Shown: positions 20,243-31,065, counted from the stretch's first letter. The stretch is 64,000 nt of DNA from an uncultured Verrucomicrobiae bacterium (GCA_963772365.1 CAVYXA010000001.1:544001-608000); one strand, 5' to 3'. Program-made: numbers and translations. Notes: generated by a model from the letters alone, not told the origin.

Positions 20243-23200
20243 ATGGCAGGTAGCACCGATTCGCCCGAAGCACCCACTGACGTAGCGCAGAGCCGCCTCA
20301 CGCAGGTCTTCAAATTTCTGAAAGCGCTAAACGAGCTCAGGAACCCGGTGCCCCGTGATTTGTCCGCCTATTCTCAAATACTCTGGCTTGATAAATGGCC
20401 GACGCATCCAACGATCGTGATTCAACGCGGCGACCGCGAAGATAATGAAGAGGAGACAGACGTCGATGCTGAGATGGAACCGACAATCCGCGTTCAACGG
20501 GCACGACTCACGGCCTGCCCCAACCCGCCGACGCTCCTTGACGGCTGGCTCAACCCAACGTGGCAATCCATCGATGCTGAAGTTGAAGTGCTTCACTCCC
20601 GCAACTTCGTAAACAAGGAAAAGGAAACGGTCACAATTCAGTTCGTCGATGAGGCCGCGCGCGTCGATGCGTTGAACGTTTGGAAAGCTACGCGAGAAAA
20701 ATGGGCGGCAGCAGAGCGACCGACGATTGAGGCGCGACAGCTGTTCGAACGGATTCACGCCTTGTGGACGACGATACAACGCGAAGGTGATCGCGTGGAG
20801 CTCGTCCTTGCTGAGGGGATACTGGAAGAGGCGACACAACTAATTCGGCATCCCATTTTATTGCAGCGCATCAATTTTGAATTTGATCCCGCAGTACCGG
20901 AATTCCGATTTTCGACTGGCACTGAAAACGTTGAATTGCATCGCGCGTTATTGCGCTTAGTCCCGACGATTGAAGGCCGAATGATCGCGCACTTCGACAA
21001 AGAACTTGAGAAACGCCCAGTCGAACCGCTTGGCGGCGAAAGTACAATCGGTTTTCTCCGCGCCGTTGTGCAGGGTCTTTTTACTGATGGCGAGTTTATC
21101 GAGAAAACGCCGGGCATTATCGGTAATCATCCGACCATCCATCGCGAAGCTGTGATATTCCTCCGCCCGCGAACTGCCGGACTAAGTACCACGGTGGATT
21201 CGATTATTGAGGACTTGGAAGGCGAAGTGACGATCCCGGAAGGATTGTCTACGATTGTGGGAGTCGAGACGGATGCTACTGGGGCTTCGCAAGATGACGG
21301 AAGGGATGACGAAAAGCCTGCAACTACACCAACGGCAGAACCGGACATTCTTTTCAGTAAGCCTGCGAACTCCGAGCAGTACGAGATTGCCGCTCGACTA
21401 GCGAAAAACAGAGCGGTGCTCGTGCAAGGCCCGCCGGGAACCGGAAAAACACATACGATCGCGAACTTACTTGGGTATTTGCTGGCCCAGGGAAAAACAG
21501 TGCTGGTGACTGCCCACACGACAAAAGCATTGAGAGTATTGCGGCAACAAGTCGATACAGCGCTTCAACCGCTTTGCCTGAGCGTTCTGGGAAGAGACTC
21601 CGAAAGCCAAAGTCAGATGAAAGAGTCCGCGCAAGAAATTGCGAATCGGCTTTCTAGTTCGAACGCCGCGACACTGCGCAAACAAGCAGCGCTTCTGCGA
21701 GAGAAAAGGCGCAAACTGCTTGATACATCGGCGGAATTGCGACGCCGACTTCGCGACGCGCGATTCAGTGAAGTCGAAGAAATCGTGGTTGCTGGAGAAG
21801 GTTTAAGTCCGATCGACGTTGCAAAGCGAGTGAAAGCAGATGAAGACCGCGACGGTTGGATTCCCGGACCGCTTGAAACTGGTCTCTGTCCACTCACCGA
21901 GTCGGAAGTCCGTCAGATGTACGCTACTCACGCCGTGCTAGCAATTTCCGACGAACGACAAATCGCTGTTAAGCAGCCGTTGCTCGCCCAGTTAGTGTCA
22001 CCTGCGGATTTCCGATTGCTCGCAAATGAACGAGCCGGCACGACCTCGCGCGCGAAATTGCATCGGCGCGAATTTTGGAACGACACGGCCATAGCTGGAT
22101 GTACGGCGAAGCAACTCCAAGAACTACATCAGCGTGTTTGCGCAGCTGCCGCAGTTCTGACCGAGAAAGAAGACTGGCTGCGCGAAGTACTATTCGCTGG
22201 ATGGACTGGAGGCGATCACCGCGAAGTCTGGAATGATCTATTAAGTTCCATTGATTCACTTGGAGTCGAAGCGGCTACCGCCATGCGCCTACAAAAGGCG
22301 CACGGACCGGAGCTCCCCGGCGACCGACCAGTCGAGCCTGTGGCAGCGACACTCGATGAGATTATTCATCATCTGGAGACCGGACATTCTCTTGGATTGA
22401 TGACAAAACTTCGTCATCGAAACTGGCATGAACTCATCGAGCTTTGTCGGGTTGAGGGTCACGTGCCCCAAACGATCGATGAATTTCGCGCGTTGCGTGC
22501 GATTGCGCGGTTACAAGAGGGCCGCACGCGTTTCGGAGGGCGTTGGCAGCGCACGGTCGAATCGTTAGGCGGTCCACGAGTAGAAGCGCTTGGGAATTCA
22601 CCGGAACGTGCCGCCCAAGGTTATGCTGCGGAAATTCGGAACAGACTCGAATGGCGTACAACTAAGTGGGAAGCGCTGACAAACGAGTTGCGGGCTGCCT
22701 CCTTTCGATGGGACGATTGGCTCGCCACGCACCCGCCGGTAACAGGCGATCATGGCGAACTTGCTCGCGTGCAGCGCGCAGCTTCCGAAGGATTGGCTGA
22801 CATCGTCGAGGCGCAAGCAGCGTTAATTCGCCAAACAGAACTCGCGACGGCACTTCAATCGCAGCGCACGTATCTCGCCGGCTTTCCAGAAAGCGATGCG
22901 GCCTCAGTGTTGCTCACCGCGCAGGATGCATGGAACACTGAAGAGTACAGAAGCTGCGTGTCGCGAACTAGCGAGATTGGAGGGTCTGCACACTGCATAT
23001 GATATTCGTTCGGAATTGCTCGCAAAATCGGAACATGCAGCGCCCGCGTGGGCGCTCGCAGTTTTTCAGCGCGAGAAACCACACGATGCTCCAGAGCCGC
23101 CGGGCGATGTAGCCGCAGCGTGGAGGTGGCGTCAATGGTGTCAAGAACTCGAGCGGCGCGCGTCAGTTTCAATGACGGACTTGCAAGAGCGACTTGAGAA

Positions 23201-24821
23201 AACAGAGAAAGATTTGCGAGAGATCGCGGCGCAAATTATCGAACATGAGACTTGGGCTGCACAGTGTGAGCGTACCGGCCTTCAGGCAAAGCAAGCGCTC
23301 ATGGGTTTCGTTCAGACGATTCGAAAGATTGGAAAAGGAACTGGCAAGCGCGTTCCAGAACTTCTTCGTAAGGCTAGAGAACTTCTTGCCTCAGCCCGAC
23401 GCGCCGTTCCGGTTTGGATCATGCCGTTAAGCAGGGTTTATGAAAGCTTCGATCCTCGCGAAACAAAATTTGATGTCGTTATCATCGATGAAGCCAGTCA
23501 GAGCGATGTCACCGCATTAGCCGCTCTTTACTTGGGATGTGAACACGTTGTTGTCGGCGATAAAGAGCAGGTGACGCCAGATGCAATCGGTCAACGTGTA
23601 GATCAAGTGACCCGACTCATCGCCACTGATCTGCAGGGCGTTCCTAACAATCATTTGTACGATGGGCAAACTTCGATCTATGATCTCGCCGAAACTGCGT
23701 TCGGCGGTGTCGTTGCGTTACGCGAGCACTTCCGCTGCGTACCAGAGATCATTCAGTTCAGCAATCATCTCTCTTACAACAATGCGATTCGACCGCTGCG
23801 TGAGCCTTTCTCTTCGCCAGTTCGCCCAGCATTAATTCCCCATCGAGTTCAGGGCTTTCGAAATGAAGCGGGAAAAGCGAATGAAGTTGAAGCGGAGGAA
23901 ATAGCGTCGCTCGTTGTCGCCTGTCTCGTTGATCCGGACTATGAGCTTAACGATTTCGGTCAACCGACAACATTCGGTGTGATTTCACTTTTGGGAGAAG
24001 AGCAAGCGCTCCTCATAGAAAATATTCTCCGACGACATCTCACGCCCGACAAATTCGCGAGACATCGGCTTCTCTGCGGGAATGCAGCGCAGTTCCAAGG
24101 TGATGAACGCGACGTGATGTTTCTTTCGATGGTGGACGGCCCACCGGACGATGGACAGTTGCGGATGTTGGATGCCGGGCCAAAAGACTTATACAAGAAA
24201 CGCTACAACGTCGCGGTCAGCCGTGCTCGTAATCAACTTTGGGTCGTTCATTCGATTGACATGAACAGGCATTTAAAGAGCGGTGATTTGCGGCGGCGTT
24301 TACTCTCGCACGTTCACGATCCGGAAGCGCTGCTGAGAGAAATGGAAGTACAAGGCAATCGCGTCGATTCGCCGTTTGAGAAACAGATCATGCAACGCTT
24401 GGTCGCTGCTGGCTATCGGGTTCGCTCGCAGTGGCCTGTTGGCGCATATCGCATCGATTTGGTCGCGGAAGGCCTTAATAGAAAATTGGCGGTCGAATGC
24501 GACGGCGAGAAATGGCACACACCCGAGCAACTTCAGAATGATCTGGAACGCCAAGCTATTCTCGAACGGCTCGGATGGATTTTTGTTCGCGTGCGAGGCA
24601 GCATCTTCTTCCGCAACCCCGATGCGGCGATGGCTCCGGTTTTTGCAAAACTCGCCGATCTCGAAATCGAACCGTTAGGTCCGGCATCAGACTCCGAGCG
24701 AAGAGGTGACTCTCCTTTGGTCGAGCGAATCAGGCGAAACGCCGAAGCTCTGCGGACGCAGTGGCTCGCTGAAAAAGAATTGGACGTCGAGATCGGAGCA
24801 GAGGAATACGTTCCGTTTTGA
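20243..24821 (+). CDS. Large superfamily-1 (Upf1/DNA2-like) helicase with C-terminal Vsr/DUF559-like endonuclease; one apparent extra base at ~22949
   Basis: VQGPPGTGKT in 20243-23002; IIDEASQ, GDKEQ, EHFRC, FQGDERD, NVAVSRAR and DSPFE...RIDLV...VECDG..WH...LERLGW in 22896-24821. Confidence 0.88.
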
Positions 24822-24859
24822 TTTCCCAGTTGCAGCGGTGCATCTCGGGGGTCTGTGAT

Positions 24860-24960
24860 TGGGTCAGTCAACATATCTTGACTGGCGAAGCCGATTGAAG
24901 CGAATGAAAAACCCGGCTTTGGATCTGCCCGATTCTGTCAAGATTTGTTGACTGACCCCC
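24860..24960. repeat. REPIN/MITE-like element with 22-bp terminal inverted repeats
   Basis: gggtcagtcaacatatcttgac ... gtcaagatttgttgactgaccc (one mismatch). Confidence 0.85.
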
Positions 24961-25025
24961 TTTTCCCCTTTTGCGCCTTCGACTGCTATTGACTTCACGA
25001 AACGAGCGTCCCACGCTTTTCGATT

Positions 25026-26123
25026 ATGAAAGACGAGCGTCCATTATATGAGACCGATCGGGATTCGGAGCCAGATCCCGACGAAACACCAATACGCGAT
25101 CGACGTTTGTTTACCCAGCCTTACGACCTTGTCGTTGAATCATTGATCGAGCAGATCGCCGCCAAAACTATGTTTCTGCGGCCATTATCTGAGCGACCGC
25201 AATTCCAACGGCGATATGTCTGGTCCAATCAGCTGGCTTCAAGACTGATCGAATCGATTCTACTAAATGTCCCAATCCCACCATGCTATTTGTCACAAAG
25301 CGAGGAATTCGAACTCGACGTTATCGATGGTCAACAGCGACTCTTCTCAATCTATCGATTTCTTGAAAATCAGCTAAAACTTACAGGGCTTGAAGTCTTA
25401 ACAGAATTCGCGGGATTGCGATTTTTCGAATTGCCCGACCGTGCTCAGCGGCGCATCAAAACACACACCCTCCGGTGCGTTCTCATCACAAATGAATCGC
25501 ATCCCGAGATCAAGTTTGACGTTTTTCAACGCCTGAACACAAATACTGTTCCTCTAAATGCCCAAGAGCTGCGCAATTGCATTTATCGCGGGACTCTGAA
25601 CTCCTTATTAAAAGAAGCCGTGGAATATGAGCCGTGGCTAAGAATCCTGAACCGCCGAAAGCCGGATAAGCGTATGCGGGATGAGGAGCTCGTCTTGCGA
25701 TTCTACGCGTTTCGATTGCATGGCCTTCAGTCTTATCGCACGCCGCAGAAACATTGGCTTAATGACACGGCTCGACAGGGCAAAAGCTATGGCGCAAAGC
25801 GGATCGCTGAACTTGGGGATCTTTGGCGGCACTCAATAGATGTGTCTCTTATCTGGTTTGACCCGAAAGACTGTTTTCGGCGAGGAGCAGGTCCAAAATC
25901 GAAAGCTATCAATCGTGCCCTATTCGATTTGATAATGCTACTTGCTGCGGACATGACTACCGTACGTGCCCGCAAGGTCCGCAACAAGCTTCGCACGGCA
26001 TATAGGTCGCTATTCGATGGCGATGAGTTCGTAGATTTGATCAGCAAATCTGTAGATCATACGAAACGGACCAAGCGACGATTTACGATTTGGAACCAGC
26101 AAGTCGTTAACAAACTTGGGTAA
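25026..26123 (+). CDS. DUF262 (ParB/Srx-fold, GmrS-like) protein
   Basis: FQRRYVW, IESILLNVPIP, IDGQQRL, FQRLN. Confidence 0.92.
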   Translation: MKDERPLYETDRDSEPDPDETPIRDRRLFTQPYDLVVESLIEQIAAKTMFLRPLSERPQFQRRYVWSNQLASRLIESILLNVPIPPCYLSQSEEFELDVIDGQQRLFSIYRFLENQLKLTGLEVLTEFAGLRFFELPDRAQRRIKTHTLRCVLITNESHPEIKFDVFQRLNTNTVPLNAQELRNCIYRGTLNSLLKEAVEYEPWLRILNRRKPDKRMRDEELVLRFYAFRLHGLQSYRTPQKHWLNDTARQGKSYGAKRIAELGDLWRHSIDVSLIWFDPKDCFRRGAGPKSKAINRALFDLIMLLAADMTTVRARKVRNKLRTAYRSLFDGDEFVDLISKSVDHTKRTKRRFTIWNQQVVNKLG

Positions 26124-26821
26124 TGCCACGCTATACCGTTGCGTATTCTTCCTTCCTGACCCGATTAGACGAGGTTCAGACTCTTCGCGGCCTCGCGGCG
26201 AAACAGGAGGAAGCCGACCCAATCGCACTTAGTGCGTCGATAAACGCGCTGTGTAGAGGGACGATCGTCCTTTTATCCAGCCACGTAGAGGGCTTCATCA
26301 AAGAATTGGGTGAATTGACACTCGAACGTGTTCACTTACGCGGCGTGGCGCGTGGCGCGATCGTTCCGCAATTCTTTTACCACTTGTCAAAAGACAAGCT
26401 GACTGAACTTCGGGATGCATCTCAACCAGATACAATCGCGACGCGACTGTTCGAGATTGTTCAACGAGACTTGGATCTATGGAATAAGGCTGGTCCGTTT
26501 CCCCGGGCGCTACCAGCCGAGATGTTCAACAGAGGCTTTGCAAATCCTGCATTCGTGAAAATCAAGACATACTTCAATCGATTTGGGTATGATACATTTA
26601 CGAACGACCTCGGGGCCGCGCTCGCCGCCAACTACCTCCCGACGACGAACATGATAAATCACGTTGTAGATCTTAGAAATAAGATCGCTCACGGCGATCC
26701 AACCGTCACGGAAACTCCAGCGGATTTAGGAGACATGATTCGCTTAGTTCGCACGTTTTGCCGAAGTACGGACGACGTGTTTGCGCGATGGTGTCGTGCA
26801 TCTCTTTGTTCAATCCGATAA
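26123..26821 (+). CDS. HEPN-domain protein (RiboL-PSP/MAE_28990-like), putative RNase
   Basis: SHVEGFIKE and RNKIAHG (Rx4H); translationally coupled to DUF262 via TAATG. Confidence 0.8.
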   Translation: MPRYTVAYSSFLTRLDEVQTLRGLAAKQEEADPIALSASINALCRGTIVLLSSHVEGFIKELGELTLERVHLRGVARGAIVPQFFYHLSKDKLTELRDASQPDTIATRLFEIVQRDLDLWNKAGPFPRALPAEMFNRGFANPAFVKIKTYFNRFGYDTFTNDLGAALAANYLPTTNMINHVVDLRNKIAHGDPTVTETPADLGDMIRLVRTFCRSTDDVFARWCRASLCSIR

Positions 26822-27158
26822 CCATTGCGTCGCTCCGGCGTGCAGCTGGCACGTTGTCGGTGCCGGCTCGTATTCTTTCTCGTGCTCCACGGGGACCGAA
26901 GCCCAATCCACTTATAATTTTCAGCTGAGGCGCGGGACGCCACGAGATCTAACATTGAGCCAAAATGATCGTTCACCTCGTCGACGGCCGCGTAATCCCG
27001 TAAAAGGCTTCGCCTCACGTGATCTCATCGTTCATACGCCGGCCTTCGCAAAGTTGGCGAGGCGGATGGACGCGCCGCGGCCGCTGGAGCGCATTAAAAA
27101 ACTGACAACGGAAAGCTGAAAGCGACGAATGACGATGCGCGATTAGCGCGAGAGTTTC

Positions 27159-27449
27159 TTATATTTGCGGTTCGCGGCGAGCGGAATGCCAGTAGTCCAT
27201 GACCTCGATCACTTGTTCCTTTCGCCGGAGACGATAGTAAATGTAATACGACTTGCACAGGAGCCGTCGAACATTGGCTCGCTTTCGGTATGGCGTTCCC
27301 ATGTCTGGAAACCTAGCCAAAGATTCAGTACGGTCCGCCAAGTAGTCGCCAAACCGAATGGCAGCGAGCGGATCGTCTTGCGCGATGAAGCGAACGATTT
27401 GTTCGAGTTCTCCGAGCGCTTGCGGAGCAAAAATTATTCTCCAGCCCAT
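27159..27449 (-). CDS. RelE/ParE family toxin
   Basis: WRIIFAPQALGELEQI..FIAQDDP.AA, L..FP.MG, YYIYYR, WHSAR. Confidence 0.9.
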   Translation of the reverse strand: MGWRIIFAPQALGELEQIVRFIAQDDPLAAIRFGDYLADRTESLARFPDMGTPYRKRANVRRLLCKSYYIYYRLRRKEQVIEVMDYWHSARREPQI

Positions 27450-27658
27450 TCGCGAATTTTCTCGCGAACGCGTTCGAGGGGGACGCCTTTGCCGGCATCC
27501 AGCTCGGCAGCAGCTTTATCGAGGCGGGCGAGCAAAGCCTTCTCTTCGGCTTCGGACATGATTGGTTCCTCTTGAGATTGAAGCCAGGCAGCGAGCGCCG
27601 ACTTCTCATTTGCCGGCAATTTGTCGATCGCTTTCTGGATCTCGGTGATCGTGCTCAT
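27434..27658 (-). CDS. Addiction-module antitoxin
   Basis: MSTITEIQKAIDKLP..EK...GKGVPLERV; overlaps the toxin start. Confidence 0.8.
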   Translation of the reverse strand: MSTITEIQKAIDKLPANEKSALAAWLQSQEEPIMSEAEEKALLARLDKAAAELDAGKGVPLERVREKIREWAGE

Positions 27659-27834
27659 GAAATCGGATTCGCCAGTTCGCGATTCGCCTGCAAAACCATC
27701 TCGACCGCTTCCTTCAAGTTTGCGCGCGCTTCCTCCAGCGTTGCGCCCTGCGTATTCGCACCGGGCAGCTCTTCCACGAATGCGGCGTAGCCTTCGGGAA
27801 ATTTTCGGAAGACCGCAGTCAGCTTGATTTCCAT
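27655..27834 (-). CDS. hicB: HicB-family antitoxin, orphan and possibly C-terminally truncated
   Basis: GYAAFVEELPGANTQGATLEEARANLKEAV; no hicA recognised nearby. Confidence 0.8.
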   Translation of the reverse strand: MEIKLTAVFRKFPEGYAAFVEELPGANTQGATLEEARANLKEAVEMVLQANRELANPIS

Positions 27835-28023
27835 GTCGATCTTGTAGCACAAAACACGAGTGCTGGACAGCTACGTCTTCGAATACAGCTTCGCTCCGGC
27901 TTTGAGGGCGCGGCCATAAAATCTAACATTGACCCAAGATGATCGTTCACCTCGTCGACGGCCGCGTAAAGTGCTTCGCTCCACCCGGCTGTCGCGGCGT
28001 TTTCATCCTCGAGCGGACTCGCG

Positions 28024-28266
28024 TTATCCGAACAGCGTTTGCACCTTCCTCAAAACTTCAGCGAGCTTTGTTCCCTTCACCTTTCCGACTGAATACAGAA
28101 TCACGTTTTGCTCAACCGTGAAGAGCCGTTGGGGACGGATAAAGCTCGCTTGATGGAGCTTTCCACGTTCGAAGTCGGGAGCGTCCAATGCGACTGAGGA
28201 TTCATCCGATCTGGCGCGGCTTGTGATCTGGCAAAGAATCACATCGTCGCCCGGAAGATCGACCAC
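28024..28266 (-). pseudogene. mazF: MazF/PemK toxin, 5'-truncated
   Basis: DDVILCQITS, SFIRPQRLFT present; the N-terminal PFP...KRRPA segment is missing and the break coincides with the hairpin repeat at 28264. Confidence 0.8.
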
Positions 28267-28486
28267 GTAAAAGGCTTCGGCTCACGTGGTCAGCGCGCCA
28301 GGTACCTCGGCGTCGCCACCGACCACATGATCGAGTCGTTTCGCAATCGGCTTTGGGCAGACGACAAGACCGGCGCCGGCATCGAGCCCGCGTTGCTCGC
28401 GCAATTCCATCCGAGCTTAATCGAATTATAGCGAGTTTACCGAGTTATATCTTGAATTGGATATAATCGGGTATAAACAGATACAA

Positions 28487-29671
28487 ATGGATCCAATCAA
28501 GAATCCTTTCTCACCGGGTGCCGGCTCCCCGCCTCCCGAACTAGTTGGGCGAGATCCAATCCTCGAGCAGGCTCGAATTCTCTTGGGGCGCGTCAAAGAA
28601 AGACGTCCTGAGAAAAGCATGTTGCTCACCGGATTACGCGGCGTGGGCAAGACCGTTTTGCTGAACGAAATCGATCGAATAGCGAAGGCGAGTACGTATC
28701 GCACCATCGTCGTTGAAGCACACGAAGACAAACCACTGGGACCTCTTCTCGCGCCATATCTGAGAAGCCTTCTCTTTGAGTTGGATCGAGTCGCAGGTGC
28801 AAGCAATAAAGTAAAACGCGGCCTTCGAGTGCTCCGCAGTTTTTTGGGAGTGCTAAAAATTACTTACAATGACGTAACGATCGGTGTGGATGTCGATCCT
28901 GAAAAGGGATCGGCGGACAGTGGTGATTTGGAGATCGACCTACCGAATCTTCTTGTGGCGATCGCTGAAGCGGCAGAAGAGCGGAAGACTGCGATCGCCG
29001 TGCTAATCGACGAAATCCAATACTTCGGCCAAAAGGAACTTGGCGCATTGATTATGGCGATGCACCGAGTGCAACAGCAAAGACTCCCGTTGGTCTTGCT
29101 CGGAGCTGGACTCCCTATTCTCCCTGCTTTGGCGGGCGAAGCGAAGTCTTATGCCGAGCGGCTATTCAGTTTTCCGGATATCGGTGCGCTCTCCGAGCCT
29201 GATAGCGCAAAAGCGCTGCAAGAGCCGGCACGCGTAGCAGGCGTCTCGTTCGCCCAGCGGGCGTTGCGAGAGATATTTCGTTTAACGAACGGCTATCCTT
29301 ACTTTTTGCAGGAATGGGGATATCAATCATGGAATTTGGCGACGACGAGCCCGATTACGTCCCGAGTCGTTGAGAATGCAACTCGCGCAGTAATTCCGCG
29401 TCTTGACCAAAATTTTTTCCGGGTGCGATTCGATCGACTTACACCAAGTGAAAAGAATTTTCTTCGGGCAATGGCGCAACTAGGTTCGGGCCCACAGCGT
29501 ACTGGCGACATCGCTCAACTTTTGCGCGTGAAAGTTACAGGTCTCGGCCCGCTTCGAGCTAAGCTAATCAAAAAGGGTATGATCTACAGCCCCGCGCACG
29601 GCGATCTGGCATTTACTGTTCCGTTGTTCAACGAATTTATGATCCGTGCGATACCGACATTCAAACCGTAG
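28487..29671 (+). CDS. AAA-family ATPase with C-terminal winged helix
   Basis: NPFSPGAG..PPELVGR, GLRGVGKT, IDEIQ, GYPYFLQ, LIKKGMIY...FTVPLF. Confidence 0.88.
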   Translation: MDPIKNPFSPGAGSPPPELVGRDPILEQARILLGRVKERRPEKSMLLTGLRGVGKTVLLNEIDRIAKASTYRTIVVEAHEDKPLGPLLAPYLRSLLFELDRVAGASNKVKRGLRVLRSFLGVLKITYNDVTIGVDVDPEKGSADSGDLEIDLPNLLVAIAEAAEERKTAIAVLIDEIQYFGQKELGALIMAMHRVQQQRLPLVLLGAGLPILPALAGEAKSYAERLFSFPDIGALSEPDSAKALQEPARVAGVSFAQRALREIFRLTNGYPYFLQEWGYQSWNLATTSPITSRVVENATRAVIPRLDQNFFRVRFDRLTPSEKNFLRAMAQLGSGPQRTGDIAQLLRVKVTGLGPLRAKLIKKGMIYSPAHGDLAFTVPLFNEFMIRAIPTFKP

Positions 29672-30337
29672 GTATCGTCGTGGGGTGTCGCTTGCGTTAT
29701 CCGTGATGCTGCAAAGATTTATTCGACGATGTCGATCTTGCGCGCGCAGTGGCGACGCATGCGTTACGGGACGCAAAGCTCGTTGCCTTTCTCGACGAAC
29801 TCGCGCGACATTGGCCCAAAATGATCGTTCACCTCGTCGACGACCGCGTAAAAGGCTTCGCCTCGGTTTTGAAACTCGTTCGTTGCCCGCGCTTTGACTC
29901 ATGTGCTCCCGCCCATTTCGACCTCTCGGTTTGCCCATCTATGTTGCTCGCGTCCCCGCGGCTCCATTCTCGCTCCTACCCGCAATTCCCAATCGCAGTG
30001 CCCGGTTTCCTAGGTGCGCTCACTTTGCTCGGCACCTCCCACCGTAAGGTTCGCACCCTGTAAACGCCTCGTCGCTTTACCTTCTATGTCGCGCGTCCCA
30101 CGCGCTCCATTCGCAAGAACTCCTTGGGTTCCCGACCCAAGCTCTCGATTTCCCTAGGTCGACAAGCGACCCCCCATCGCAGAGTTCGCTCCCGCGAACG
30201 ATGGCCTCCAGAAATTTCCAATTCGGTGCCCGGCCTCCCTCCCGAGCACATCCCCGTCCAGCCGTAAAGTTGGCTCCCGAGCAACGCTCTAGACCGACTC
30301 AGTGCGAGCCGCACTGCCTCAGTATTTCAACAGTCTC

Positions 30338-30667
30338 CTAGGCCGGAGCGAGATCAGCCGCCACGTATCGGGTCTGATTGAGCACAGCGTCGGTGGCTTC
30401 GACCGGCACCTGCTTGATCAGTTCGCGGATGCTGAATTCCTGCTGCCCGACAACTTCAATCCCAATCACATTGTCCTTTTCGTCGAAATCGAGCATGACC
30501 AAGCCTTTCTCCGATTCGTGCTGTTCGGTGCGGGCAACTTTGCCGTCGCGAAGGCTGATGTACGCCGCGGTGGCTTCGGTATCGATCTCGACCACCGGAG
30601 GCTCGGTGATAGCAATGACGACGTCTTTACTATTCTTCCCAGTATCCGGTGATGATCCAGCACTCAT
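30338..30667 (-). CDS. DUF2283-domain protein (putative antitoxin)
   Basis: D.EATAAYISL, VMLDFDEKDNVIGIEV. Confidence 0.75.
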   Translation of the reverse strand: MSAGSSPDTGKNSKDVVIAITEPPVVEIDTEATAAYISLRDGKVARTEQHESEKGLVMLDFDEKDNVIGIEVVGQQEFSIRELIKQVPVEATDAVLNQTRYVAADLAPA

Positions 30668-30875
30668 TAGCAGATTGTCGATCTTAAGAAAAAAGTTCGC
30701 GATGGCGAGGGCGCCATCGCCAGCACGCGAGTCGCGTGCGCTCCCCGGAGAGGAAAATGCATTCGCGAGCGCGCTTTTCGATGTGCGCCGTGTCGTGAAA
30801 TTCATAAGCCATCGCACTCGTGATTACGCCTGCGAGCAAAGATCGGCGAGGTTATTTCCTTGAATTCTTCGCTAA

Positions 30876-31065
30876 CTACAGGTTTGCCCACGCGGCATTC
30901 TCTTCTGGGGAGTTCCAATCACGAGCCAGGACAGACTCTCTCAATTCTGCGCCGTTAAACGATTCATCGTCTCGGCTCTTCCTTAGACGCAGCGCAAAAT
31001 CGTAAACCTTGCGCTGCAGATTCTCAGGCAAGTTGGCGATTTCTTTCTCGATCAATTGTGCTCAC
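30876..31065 (-). pseudogene. DUF2281-like antitoxin of the type paired with MazF; start region disrupted
   Basis: Manual translation LIEKEIANLPENLQRKVYDFA...ESVLARDWNSPEENAAWANL* (31055-30876); the GTG at 31065 is out of frame. Confidence 0.7.

Larger units (their letters stand above)
26965..29845 (+). pseudogene. Scattered fragments of a stand-alone 5'-3' exonuclease (flap endonuclease-like) gene
   Basis: MIVHLVD(G/D) starts at 26965, 27939, 29821; internal YLGVATDHMIESFRNRLWADDKTGAGIEPALLAQFHP at 28303-28413; C-terminal-like TPAFAKLARRMDAPRPLERIKK at 27036-27119. Confidence 0.75.

Noticed and set aside
22896..23002. Programmed frameshift or two-gene helicase
   Set aside because: No slippery heptamer seen; one extra base beside GTAC restores a single ORF.
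29866..30337. RNase P RNA, tmRNA or group II intron
   Set aside because: Could not find their hallmark sequences (GAGGAAAGUCC, tRNA-like ends with tag ORF, domain V).
30690..30812. DUF4258-like toxin upstream of DUF2283 (MAYEFHDTAHIEKRARE...)
   Set aside because: Only ~17 plausible codons before a palindromic repeat; too short to support.
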